Shown here: piece by piece, positions 19,789 to 29,523 of the stretch
Position numbering within the stretch: position 1 is the stretch's first letter
Layout of the letters: each line of letters begins with the position of its first letter
From: a virus
Direction: 5' to 3' (one strand)
Virus record (IMG/VR): IMGVR_UViG_3300030117_007501
Location: 32,001 to 96,000 of that record
Length of the DNA stretch: 64,000 bases
Position numbers and translations under genes: made by a program
Notes under the pieces: generated by a model
What the model saw: the letters and a program-made list of their open reading frames with translations, nothing else
What the model was told of the DNA's origin: nothing
Databases searched by the model: none

Positions 19789-19938
19789 GTGAGCCGCACT
19801 AGAAAAAAGATTCCTGTGCGTAACCCGTACGCAACCGCCCTGCAAAAACGACACGGTGGAGGCGTCAAGGTACACAGGGATAAGAAGCGCTACACACGCA
19901 AAGTAAAGCACAGGGGGAAAAATGATGAGCAGTTGTAA
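19789..19938 (+). CDS. 49-aa basic peptide, ArfA-like motif (absent from ORF track)
   Basis: GAGGAG SD then GTG; RNPYATAL...GVKVHRDKKRYTRKVKH. Confidence 0.65.
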   Translation: MSRTRKKIPVRNPYATALQKRHGGGVKVHRDKKRYTRKVKHRGKNDEQL

Positions 19939-20675
19939 TCTTTCGCCTGGTGACATGGTGCATCTGAAAATTGATTGTCCTGCGTCCTGGTGGCGCGACA
20001 AGATGGGTATCGTCGCCTCGGTTGGTGAGCCACGAGGCACCGAGCTGGAGCGCGAAAATTACCCGATAGAGTTGGCAGTGATTGACGGCGGCACAGTCCG
20101 CACCCTATACAGTTGCTCAGTCTACCTTAAGGACTGCGCAGTAATCAAGAGGAGCAAGTGAGAATGAGAGTATCAAACAGAGAAGTGCCCCGGTGTTGGG
20201 CTCACGGTGTCGAAGCGTCTTCACACACCGGCAATTTTTGGACGGATGGAGAGAAGCTTTATTCGTATAACCTTTGTATCGGCGACACGTCGAACAAGCT
20301 CGGTAAGGTTCTTCGCGACTACACCGCTGGTTCGGACAAGTACAGCTATTACTCACAGACAACCTCTTGTCACGTAGGACAGGCGCGACAGTGGGCGGAC
20401 ATCATCGACGGTTAAAAAGCGCTTGACATCCCGTCCCCCGTTTGTTACATTATATATACAAACAAACCCAACGAAGGGGGGACGCGATGACAGAGCGAAT
20501 CAGAGTCGGTGACAAGGTTCTTTACAGGGCACCTCGTATCGTAGACAGGAAACGAGACACTCAGCCGGTATACACGATTCGCCGTCTTTACTATGGCGGC
20601 ACGATGGCAGAGGTTGAGAGTCCAGCCGGCTACGTTTACAAGGGGTACATCGTGGCTAGAATGACGAAGGTTTAA
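19922..20675 (+). CDS. Early small ORFs 19922-20161 (PGDMV), 20158-20415, 20487-20675 (RVGDKV)
   Basis: SD-preceded ORFs downstream of strong promoters. Confidence 0.6.
20423..20451 (+). promoter_or_regulatory. sigma70-type promoter embedded in an RBS-occluding hairpin
   Basis: TTGACA-17 nt-TACATT; 20427-20439 is complementary to 20477-20489. Confidence 0.75.
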
Positions 20676-20704
20676 AACTTTTTTAACTTTTTTTTAAAAA
20701 CCTC

Positions 20705-20733
20705 TTGACTTGTTGAATTCTATTTTATATAAT
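20705..20733 (+). promoter_or_regulatory. sigma70-type promoter
   Basis: TTGACT-17 nt-TATAAT. Confidence 0.85.
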
Positions 20734-20792
20734 GGGTTCACAAGTTGAGGGGAGCGAGTTCGGCGCGATTTTTTTCAACCGAATTTTTTTTC

Positions 20793-20821
20793 TTGACAAA
20801 CACATTTCGCCTTGATATTAT
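20793..20821 (+). promoter_or_regulatory. sigma70-type promoter
   Basis: TTGACA-17 nt-TATTAT. Confidence 0.8.
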
Positions 20822-20875
20822 AGAGGCACAATCAAGAACGGTGCAGACAACGCACCACAACACGAAGGGGACATC

Positions 20876-21163
20876 ATGTCCAAGAAGAACACCGCAGCAA
20901 CCGCAACCAATAACAACGACGCTATTCTTTCGCGACTCGCTGAGCTTGAAGCGCAGCAGGCTGAACTCAAGGCGCTGCGCGAGCAGGCTAAGAACATGGT
21001 GCGTCTGGGCATCACGAAGAACGGGCACCTTGCGATTTATGGTGTGCGCAAGTTCCCCATTACCTTTAAGACTGAGGAGCTGCCGAAGGTGTCCGAGATG
21101 TTCACCTCTGGCAAGGTTGCCGAGTTCGTCGCCGCTAACGCCTCCAAGCTGACGCGGGCATAG
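20876..21163 (+). CDS. Small protein, coiled coil plus xGxxxYGxRKFPIT domain
   Basis: GC-rich biased codons; resembles a recalled bacterial family with an SVYGLGRFPVTLY motif. Confidence 0.7.
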   Translation: MSKKNTAATATNNNDAILSRLAELEAQQAELKALREQAKNMVRLGITKNGHLAIYGVRKFPITFKTEELPKVSEMFTSGKVAEFVAANASKLTRA

Positions 21164-21227
21164 TCCGCCCGCGATGTTCTTGCGGCATCTGTCCCGCCCG
21201 TCGCAAGTGGAGACGCACAGCGTCATT

Positions 21228-21261
21228 GATATCGCAGAGGTTGGGGCGATATCGCTTTTTT
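21228..21261 (+). terminator. Probable intrinsic terminator
   Basis: GATATCGC/GCGATATC stem followed by GC and a T6 run. Confidence 0.6.
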
Positions 21262-21433
21262 ACTTGACAGAGGAGAGATATTTTGAAAGACTTGTTTGAT
21301 ATGTTCAGTGATGATGACTACAGTCGGATTCGCTCATATACTGATGATGATGAATGCGCGACAGTCGACGTCGACGACAGTGAAGAGCTGGACATCACGC
21401 AACTTGAAGAACTAGACACGGAGGGCATGAGCG

Positions 21434-22949
21434 ATGAAGGCTAGCCAGTACGCGGACACGCTCGACATGACGCCCGATTCTGTGCGCATGCATGCAGCGT
21501 TTGAGCTGACACAGTTCATTGATTATCTTATTGACAACAACCGACAAGCCGGGCGCTCGATCGAGACGATGGTGGCAGTCGAGAACACGTTGCGCCAGGT
21601 TCAGCACGAGTTGAACGATATCGATGCATATTATGCGGACGGGGGTTCGCTATGAGTCGACGCAAGAAGCGAGCGAGTTTGTCGAAGGTATGGAAGAAAA
21701 CAAAGAAGGGATAAGCCGCATGATGCACCGTCACGAGCCCGCCATGAACCCGATTAATGATGTTCCCGCTGAGTATACATCACGCGAACAGGTGAAGGCA
21801 TGGAAACGCGCGAGAGTAAGAAGTTTTATCAATCGTGAAAGAAACCACTTGACAAGGACTGTGCGCCTTTGATATAGTGTGTATAGAGGTTGAGGGAACA
21901 GGAACAATAAACAAGAAAGGTTCAGCATGAACAACCCCTATACAGCACGATGCGGATGTGTCACACCTTGCGCTATTACAAAGGAGCAAAGGCGATACGC
22001 TAAGCGCTCCCTTACGATGGCTTACAGCATGCGAGACTTTAACGCAGTCTCTAAGATTAAGGACGCATTGCGCGGATGCCCCTCGATGCATCGTTCAAAC
22101 GGACAAGCATCGGCGGCACTTTCTAAGACTGCCGAAGCTATCATCACATGGGCAGAAGGTAACGGCGCGAAGGTTGTGCGCTAATGCCCTTGGTGGTTCA
22201 GTTGTTTTTCCTTGTGGGCTTTATTGTCTGCGCTTGGCTGTTCTTCTGGCTTGTCTTCTCTGTTTTGAAGTTCACCGTTGAACATGGGTTCTTTTTTATT
22301 CTTTTCGCGGTTGGTTGTGTTTTTTACTGGACATTCCGCGATGAGCTTGCTATAATGTTTTTATGAAGTGAGCGGTACGGTGGTTGACACTGAATGTCCT
22401 TATACACCACCGCATCACACTTGGCAACACTTAAATCAAGCGTTAACTTTCTAACGCCGCGATGTAAAGGGGAATCAATGCGAGGGAGTGACGAGATATT
22501 CCGAGCGATTGAGGTTGTGTGTCTGTCGATTATTGCCGGCACTGTTCCCCTTTTGCTCTTATTGGCTATCGTTGACTATTTCAATTGACATGCGCGAGTG
22601 CTCTGCGACTAATGTGAGCGCACAACTTAACACGAGAGGATGAGAGATGGAGTTTATCAAGGGACTGCAAAGAATCCGAGACAAGGAAGAAAGAATAAAA
22701 GAAGTTTATTCAGTACGCAATGATTTCTTTCTGTCCGGGTTAGACGAGGACATCAACCCCATTGATGAGGGTTTAGCTTTCCCTGTAGTAGAGGAGAGCG
22801 AACCAGTAACGCTAGAGCATGACGACGCCCCTGATTATGACATCGCGCGAGGTGATGCGAGCGTTGCATGTCCTCAAACGTATACGTCCAAACCTACCAG
22901 CGAGCCAAGCGATCCACACGCTGCGCTACTCAAGGCGCTAGGGCTTTAA
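21434..22949 (+). CDS. Early small hypotheticals: 21434-21655, ~21720-21872, 21927-22184, 22184-22366 (membrane), ~22478-22588 (membrane), 22647-22949
   Basis: Short ORFs, several SD-preceded, interspersed with TTGACA-type promoter elements. Confidence 0.5.
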
Positions 22950-22980
22950 ATCATTTTTCTGTGAGCGTTCAAGAGACGCA

Positions 22981-23019
22981 CCCCCCTCCCCCCCCGTACC
23001 CGGAATATAAGTCCCACCC
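22981..23019 (-). other. C-rich tract (G-quadruplex-competent on - strand) at the early/late boundary
   Basis: C6-T-C8-GTA-CCC-...-CCC-A-CCC in an intergenic gap. Confidence 0.55.
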
Positions 23020-23096
23020 GTGCCTATAGCGCTTCTGAGCGCGCTAAGGACATGTTCAATAGCGCTGAGAAATTTTGAGATTTAAGAAACAGGTAA

Positions 23097-23104
23097 ACTA
23101 GTTA
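23097..23104 (+). promoter_or_regulatory. Putative late promoter motif HTA-N-TTA (representative copy)
   Basis: ACTAGTTA; other copies at 1709, 24647, 26028, 27223, 29101, 35244, 35864, 39180, 41016, 44397, 50817 and 50565-50572 (- strand). Confidence 0.6.
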
Positions 23105-23127
23105 TAATACCAATATTGGGAGCCGGT

Positions 23128-24204
23128 ATGAAAATCACAAAGAAAAACTTAATGAATATGATTAAAGCACAACTTGAAGAGGTGCTTAGCGACGATGATA
23201 GATTTAGAGATTTGCCAGGATATGAAGAGTATACAGATGGCGAGAAATTGAAAAGAAGACGCAAGAAAAAGCCGGCAGATGATAATCCAGACGAAAGATG
23301 GCGCGAAGACGATCCGATATTCCGGAGCCACCTAGAAGAAGAGCTAACATCGGAAGGTTGGATAGATTCAGTTAAAAGCGCCATGGGATTCGGAAGCCCC
23401 AAGAAAGGAAAAAGCCTAGAAGAGCTAATGCAGGAAACAATCGAGGCAGCAGAGCCGCTCGAGCCAGTAGGCAGAGAACGAATGGATCCAGCAGGGTACC
23501 CAGGATTTAACGCTATAGCATCAGCGTTTGGCAGAGGAGCATATGCCGGAGCGGGACATGATGCAGTACTAGAGCTAGATACAAAGATTCTAACTATAGC
23601 CGGCATGGTAGAGGGCGTATACGCAGCTGCAGCCGGTGCGCAAAAGGAAGCTGTCGCGGCAGGAGCTAGTGAAGAAGACGCTCAGCGCGCATACCAAGAG
23701 GCATGGGCAAACATATCAAACGACGTACGTACAAAGTTCATGCACGTCGAATTGAGTGTTAAGACATACGAGATGGTATACCGAAACCAGTACATAATCC
23801 CTTATATAAAAAAGAATTCTCCTGACGGCATTAAGAAAGCCGCAAAGGAAAGAGAAAAAGCCAGAAGAACGTTCGAGATAAACGCCGCATGGATATCAAA
23901 CTTAGAGTTGGGCAAATCTTTAAGATTGGGCGCTGCAGCGCGCGGACAAAAATTAGAGGAAAATATCATGAAAATTTCGAAAAACAAGCTTAAGAATATG
24001 ATTAAAGAAGAATTGGAAGAAGCTATGGCGCAACCTTCCCTAAGAGACGTGGCAGCTAGCTTGCAAGACGCAGCTGCAATATTGGTAACCGGCAAAGTAC
24101 TCGAGGCACTGCAATCCAGCGGTAACATGGAAGAGTACCTCGAGGCAGATATGATATTCAGAAAACTGCTAGACTTAAAAGATGCGGTAAGGAATAAAGA
24201 ATGA
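23128..24204 (+). CDS. Leader-bearing (MKITK...) putative virion protein, with internal second leader at 23968
   Basis: MKITKKNLMNMIKAQLEE; internal MKISKNKLKNMIKEELEE preceded by GAGGA. Confidence 0.75.
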   Translation: MKITKKNLMNMIKAQLEEVLSDDDRFRDLPGYEEYTDGEKLKRRRKKKPADDNPDERWREDDPIFRSHLEEELTSEGWIDSVKSAMGFGSPKKGKSLEELMQETIEAAEPLEPVGRERMDPAGYPGFNAIASAFGRGAYAGAGHDAVLELDTKILTIAGMVEGVYAAAAGAQKEAVAAGASEEDAQRAYQEAWANISNDVRTKFMHVELSVKTYEMVYRNQYIIPYIKKNSPDGIKKAAKEREKARRTFEINAAWISNLELGKSLRLGAAARGQKLEENIMKISKNKLKNMIKEELEEAMAQPSLRDVAASLQDAAAILVTGKVLEALQSSGNMEEYLEADMIFRKLLDLKDAVRNKE

Positions 24205-24647
24205 GAGCATTGATTGCAGCATTAGTTATAATCATGATGGCTGCTGCAACAGTAATTAGCTGCTCTTCTGCTCCCCCAACACCTAGAAATGCCGAATTAA
24301 CAGTTACATACTACGGCAAAGAAATCAAAAAAGAAAAACCCACATGGACAAATGAATCACGTTTAAGAGAAGTGCTTAAAAAACCCGGAAAAAAATTTCT
24401 GGTTTTTGGAGCTGATTGGTGTGACGCATGCAAGTTTTTGCGCCGCGCATTGCGCGAGGGAAATCTCCACAGCGCAGTCGAAAACCTGAATATCGATGTA
24501 CGCTGGGTTAATGCTATAGCAAGTATATACGGAATTAAATCAGTACCTACACTGCTAGCCTTAGACTCAAATAACAATATTGTTGCTGTTCGCGAAGGCG
24601 CCGGCCCAATAACTGTTTATCTTTTATTGAATATCGACATTAAATAA
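24201..24647 (+). CDS. Thioredoxin-fold lipoprotein
   Basis: Signal ending VISC; FGADWCDAC; cis-Pro loop SVPT. Confidence 0.8.
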   Translation: MRALIAALVIIMMAAATVISCSSAPPTPRNAELTVTYYGKEIKKEKPTWTNESRLREVLKKPGKKFLVFGADWCDACKFLRRALREGNLHSAVENLNIDVRWVNAIASIYGIKSVPTLLALDSNNNIVAVREGAGPITVYLLLNIDIK

Positions 24648-24682
24648 CTACTTATACTGTACGCTTAAGGAGCTTAACTATC

Positions 24683-26941
24683 ATGAAAATCACAGAATCA
24701 AAACTGCGCTCTATCATTAACGAAGAAATCAAAAAAGCGCTGGTTAAAAATATCGAAGAAGGAAGCTTTGATCCCGGACATCTTAAGACTGTCCCTTCGG
24801 GCGTTGATCCCGCCGTTGGCGAGTGGGTTATCGACGAGCTTAACCTTATATGGAGTAAAATAAAGGAGCTGCAAAGCAGAGCTTAATTATGAAAATTAAA
24901 AAAGAACAACTAGATCAAATTATTGCTGAAGAAATCAATAGTGTTGTCGAAGAGAGTGAAAACCTCGAAGAAGGCTTTTTTAGTACTATCGCCGGGCTTG
25001 GCTTGGCTTATTGGCTTGTCAAAACTTTACTGGGTAAAAGAATCGCTGCGCAGATAGAAGAAGATCCTGAACTTCGAGACGCTGTTGATCAAGGCAACAA
25101 AGAAATTGAAAATGCAATGAACCAAATTTCATCTCCTGAGTCTCGTCAACGCCTTAAAGACGATGTTTCCGGTTTGTTGAGTGATATTGCCGCTGCAATC
25201 AAGAAGAGGCTCGGCTAAGATGACGTCATCGCGACTTCAAGCTATAATTGAGGAAGAAATCGGCAAGTATCTCATTGAAGCCGGTGCTTCTCAACTTATC
25301 GGCGATTACAATATCGATGTTATAACTGAAGACAAAGAATGCATATACGCATTAAACGTTGTCAAGAAGTATGTCGATCGACGCGGAGGATGGCAGTTTA
25401 GTGAACCTGAATACGCTCAAATAGGTAATATATTATCTGAGGCTATCTCTCTCATCAAAACTATAATCGACAAAAAGGAGGCTGCTAAGCCTCCTGTTTC
25501 CCCTCCACCTTTAAGGATGCCTGCTGATCCTGATGCGCAGGTGGCTCCTCTGCGTCTGACGCGTTCAACGAAATTCGCTTAATTAATTTAATTAACTTAT
25601 AGTTATTTCCATGTCAACATTGCTAATAATTATTAACTGTGCTATAATGTCCATATGGACTGCTTGCTTGGTATACACACACATCAAGCTTGTCAATAGC
25701 GCTATTAAGCAATTCGAAGAGCAAAACAACAATCTAACTAAAGAACTTGAAAAGCAAAGAAAAACAAAAACATTCAACATGCGTAATACAACTATTGCCG
25801 AACCTGAAGGCAAAGAGTTTTATTATTAAGGAAGCACACCATGAAGATTGAAATTGGTACCCTCATAACCATCATCACCCTAAGCATTGCTATCGGTGGA
25901 GCATATTATTCAATGTCTGATAATATCTCTGATCTCGAGACTAAAGTCGCCATTTTGGAAAAAACAATCAAAAAGTGCAAATGTGGGCATAAAAAAATTT
26001 CCCCGCGAAAAAAATCAAAATTTCGCGACTAATTACAACATAACTTAAGGAACTCATTAATGAAACTCAAAACTTCATATATTAAAAAAATTATCCGCGA
26101 AGAAATCGATTCGAATCTTCCCGACTCCAACAGGTGGCGAGACTTTTGGCTAAATGGGCCGGGTGGGCAATTTGCTGATTCTGATGATACCACCCGGCGC
26201 ATTGTCGAGCTTTTTGTTCAAGACTTGCGCAAAATGACTGCGCATGCGGATGCTGTTATTGAGAAGTCTGAGTGGAGTAGCGGGCCCGACAATGCTGCTT
26301 TCTTTCGCATGCGTGAGTTTATGAGAAGCAAGTGGTTTGGCAAAACGGGGATTCTGTCCACCAACATGCCACCCCGCTCTTCGGAGTTTCTCCAGAACTA
26401 TAAAGATTGGGGCATGCCATCGTGGGGAGAGAGTCGTTCCGCAGCTCAGTGGGCTCAGACAGACTTTTTTCACAATTGGTTGGGAGAATAACATGTGCAT
26501 TATATGTATTGAGCTTGAAAAAGACAAACTCACAGCTTCAGAGGCGTTTCGAAACTTTTGGGAAATGAAGGACTCAATTGAAGAAGAGCATATCGAGGAA
26601 GTTACCGAAGCTATACTTACAGCATTTCACGAAGAACTTGGAGAAGAACAATGAAAAAAGAAGATATAATTAAAATGATTCAAGAGGAAGTAACTCAAAT
26701 TTTGAATGAACATTCTCCTGATGACTTCTCAGATCTGGAAGGGCGAGAGGAGACTAGCTGGGAACCAGATGAGGTTGGTGATGTTATACAAGCTGGAGTG
26801 ACTGCTGTTGTTGAAGCTCTTTACTCATATGATCCAAGCCAGGATGCTCTCGATGCATTAGAATTACAGGTTAAAGAAGCTTTGTCATCCATTAGGGGCG
26901 GAGTTATCGAAGACATTGTGTCAGGTAAAGCGAGGATATGA
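24683..26941 (+). CDS. Small ORFs 24683-24886, 24889-25218, 25220-25582, 26060-26491, 26651-26941 (class-A leader) and 25611-25829, 25841-26032 (TM), 26493-26654
   Basis: Shared MKITxxxLxxIIxEE-type N-termini in five ORFs. Confidence 0.65.
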
Positions 26942-27192
26942 AGTGGGGCGTTAAAATATTAACGCTTTTATTTATTTTCTCCTTCCTGCCTATCTCTGCG
27001 TCTGCTCAAAATAAAGATGCAAAAACAAAATTTTATAACTTCGACGACTTACTTATCGACGGTAAAGTGCAGAAACCAAAAGTACTTTGGGTGGATGCAC
27101 GCCAGAAAGTCAAATTCGAAAAGCTTTTAAAGCTAAAAAAAGATTTCATGCCCAAGCTCTTAGGCACAAGAAAAGACATGTCTCTTCGATAG
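26938..27192 (+). CDS. CglF/GltF-like (myxobacterial gliding motility) exported protein
   Basis: Signal peptide then YNFDDLLIDGKVQKP...KFEKLLKLKKDFMPKL, matching the recalled CglF pattern DF-D--IEG---KP...F--LI--R-NF-PEL. Confidence 0.65.
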   Translation: MKWGVKILTLLFIFSFLPISASAQNKDAKTKFYNFDDLLIDGKVQKPKVLWVDARQKVKFEKLLKLKKDFMPKLLGTRKDMSLR

Positions 27193-27263
27193 CCGATTTT
27201 ATTCAAGATTACAGAAAAACAAACTAGTTATTATATTAATATTGAAAAGGAGTTCATAATATT

Positions 27264-28078
27264 ATGAAAATTACCAAGAAAACACTTGAGAAAATGATAA
27301 GAGAGTCTCTCGAGGATAGATTTAATGTAAGCGAAGAAGCAGCACCTGACGTGGTTGACATGTCTTCTTCCTCGCTTCCCGGAGAAGTTAAGAGAGTCCT
27401 CAATATACCGAGAGCAGACGAGATACTTGCTTCGCTAGCAGATGCCATTGAAGCTCAAAAGTCTCCTCAAATAAAGGCAAACGTATACACTCTTATATTA
27501 CAAGCCATCGGATTGGATACTGTAGACGAACTGCAGGCATTTCGCAGTCTCATCCAAACCCGACTAGCTAAGGCAGAAAGCGAAGGCGCGAAAGAATCAG
27601 AACTAGCACAAGCAGAGACGTCAGCACCACCACCGGTTGATAGCGCAGCAGACTTAGAAGAGAATAAGCAATTTGCCGCCGTACTCAAAAAACTAGTGCA
27701 GCAGGAAATTAAAAACACTACTAGAAAGTAATCGGAGATATAACAGTGAATATAACAAAAAACACGTTAAAGTATCTGATAAAAGAAACAATGTACGATA
27801 TGGTTAATGCTAAGACTCCCGATTCCTCATCGTACATAGAAGACGAAGTTTCCAAAGAAGCTGAACGAGAAATCTCTTGGGGGAAAGTTCTGGACTCCCT
27901 TAACCCCCAAAGAGAAGAAAATAGCGAGCATTTTAGAAACATTGTCCTTAAAGCTATGACTCTCGCAGCTGAAGAAAATTCAGAATTTTTGTTGGACATG
28001 ATGGAAGATATCACAGATGATTCTGAGGTTAGAAATATACTAATGAATCATATCGAAAAGATATTTAAAAATGAATAA
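27264..28078 (+). CDS. Class-A leader proteins 27264-27731 and 27746-28078
   Basis: MKITKKTLEKMIRES and MNITKNTLKYLIKET. Confidence 0.7.
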
Positions 28079-28099
28079 ATTTAATGTAATATAACACTT

Positions 28100-28588
28100 A
28101 TGTTGCATGCTCTCGAACAATTTAAGTGGCACACTGGTTCCGATAAAGATACTACGTTCGATGAGATTATTAAAAAAGCAAAAGCATGTATATCTGACGG
28201 CGGCAAACTCTTTGTTGGATCCGATTCTTTTATATCCAAAAATAAAGTTAATTTCGCCACAGCCATATGTCTCTATGGTGATGGCAAGGGAGGTAGATAT
28301 TTCTTTCATAAGGAATGTTTGCCAAAAAAGAAATTCAATGTTCTCGTGTATCGAATAACAGAGGAGGTTCGTCGCTCTGTTGAGATAGGCGAATACTTCA
28401 TGAATACGCACAACATCGAACCATCTAATATAGAATTGCATATTGACGTTTCTCCGTTTCACGCAAAAGCTGCTACGTCTAGCTTTGCTGACATGTTGAG
28501 TGGCTATGTAACCGGCGCAGGCTTTGAATGCAAGATTAAACCCGACAGTTGGGCTGCTCAATCTGTAGCCGACAAACATTCTAAATAA
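28100..28588 (+). CDS. RNase H-like YkuK family protein
   Basis: FVGSDS, GKGGRYF, RITEEV, ELHIDV, AAQSVADKH motifs. Confidence 0.8.
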   Translation: MLHALEQFKWHTGSDKDTTFDEIIKKAKACISDGGKLFVGSDSFISKNKVNFATAICLYGDGKGGRYFFHKECLPKKKFNVLVYRITEEVRRSVEIGEYFMNTHNIEPSNIELHIDVSPFHAKAATSSFADMLSGYVTGAGFECKIKPDSWAAQSVADKHSK

Positions 28589-28597
28589 GAGAGTAAC

Positions 28598-29098
28598 ATG
28601 GACGCACCAAACAAAATAATGCACTTATCTTATACCGTCAGTCAGCACGACTTGGTGCAAACTTGGCTGGATATGATGCATCCAGGCGAAAACATAGTCG
28701 TTATGCATGATCCAGGAAAACACGTAAAGATGCTTGAAAAGATGGGATTTGCTTTACCCGACGAAGAAATGTGGGAAAGTAAAATATTGGTTATTCAGGT
28801 TTCAGAGATAGATGAAGCGTTATGGATAATTAAAAATGTCAGCCATGAGGTTGGGCCATACTGCCAGGCTTGGATCAATGGTAGATATATAACAGACAAT
28901 ATAGATTGTTGAGGGGGTACCATGATAGACATTATTGACATTTTGATACGAAGCATCAAGCAGAAAATAAAGAAAAGAGAAGAGGAAACGCCCCGAGAAC
29001 AACCGAGAATAGAACCTCCGCCTCCCCCGCCTCCAAAAACCAAAACACCAAACACAGAAAAGAAGCCAGAGAAAAGAGTTATTATAATAGACATTTAA
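28598..29098 (+). CDS. Hypotheticals 28598-28912 and 28922-29098 (Pro-rich, ends RVIIIDI)
   Basis: GAGGGG SD before 28922; 58-aa ORF not in the track. Confidence 0.55.
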
Positions 29099-29112
29099 AT
29101 ACTATTTATTGT

Positions 29113-29523
29113 ATGAAACTTATTATGAAAGGCTGGAGACTTTTTGTGAATGAGAGCAAGGATAGTAAGATAGTGGCAAAGATTGTTCTTATTGACGAAG
29201 ATAACAAGGTATTGTTTCTTAAGAGAACAAACTATGTGAAGAAATATGCCGGAAAGTGGGATTTGCCTGGTGGACATGTGCACGAAAACGAAGCCGTAAT
29301 TGATGGACTTCGAAGGGAAGTGAAGGAAGAGACAGGACTTGACATAAAAAACGTCGAAAAAATAAAAGATGTGGGAAACCACAAGTACTTCAAGGCTACT
29401 TTACCCAAAGGTGAAGTTAAATTAAGCTCTGAACATTCGGAATCTAAGATGAGAGACGTAAAAAACATCAAAAATCCTAACAAATATGAAAAAATAGTAC
29501 AGGAAATTTTCGAAAATGACTGA
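29113..29523 (+). CDS. NUDIX hydrolase with class-B leader
   Basis: Nudix box GGHVHENEAVIDGLRREVKEETGL; N-terminus MKLIMKGWRLFVNE. Confidence 0.9.
   Translation: MKLIMKGWRLFVNESKDSKIVAKIVLIDEDNKVLFLKRTNYVKKYAGKWDLPGGHVHENEAVIDGLRREVKEETGLDIKNVEKIKDVGNHKYFKATLPKGEVKLSSEHSESKMRDVKNIKNPNKYEKIVQEIFEND

Noticed and set aside
20738-21226. ORFs 20745-21152 (+), 20738-21226 (-) and 20818-21015 (-)
   Set aside because: Shadow frames of the GC-rich 20876-21163 gene that run across promoters.
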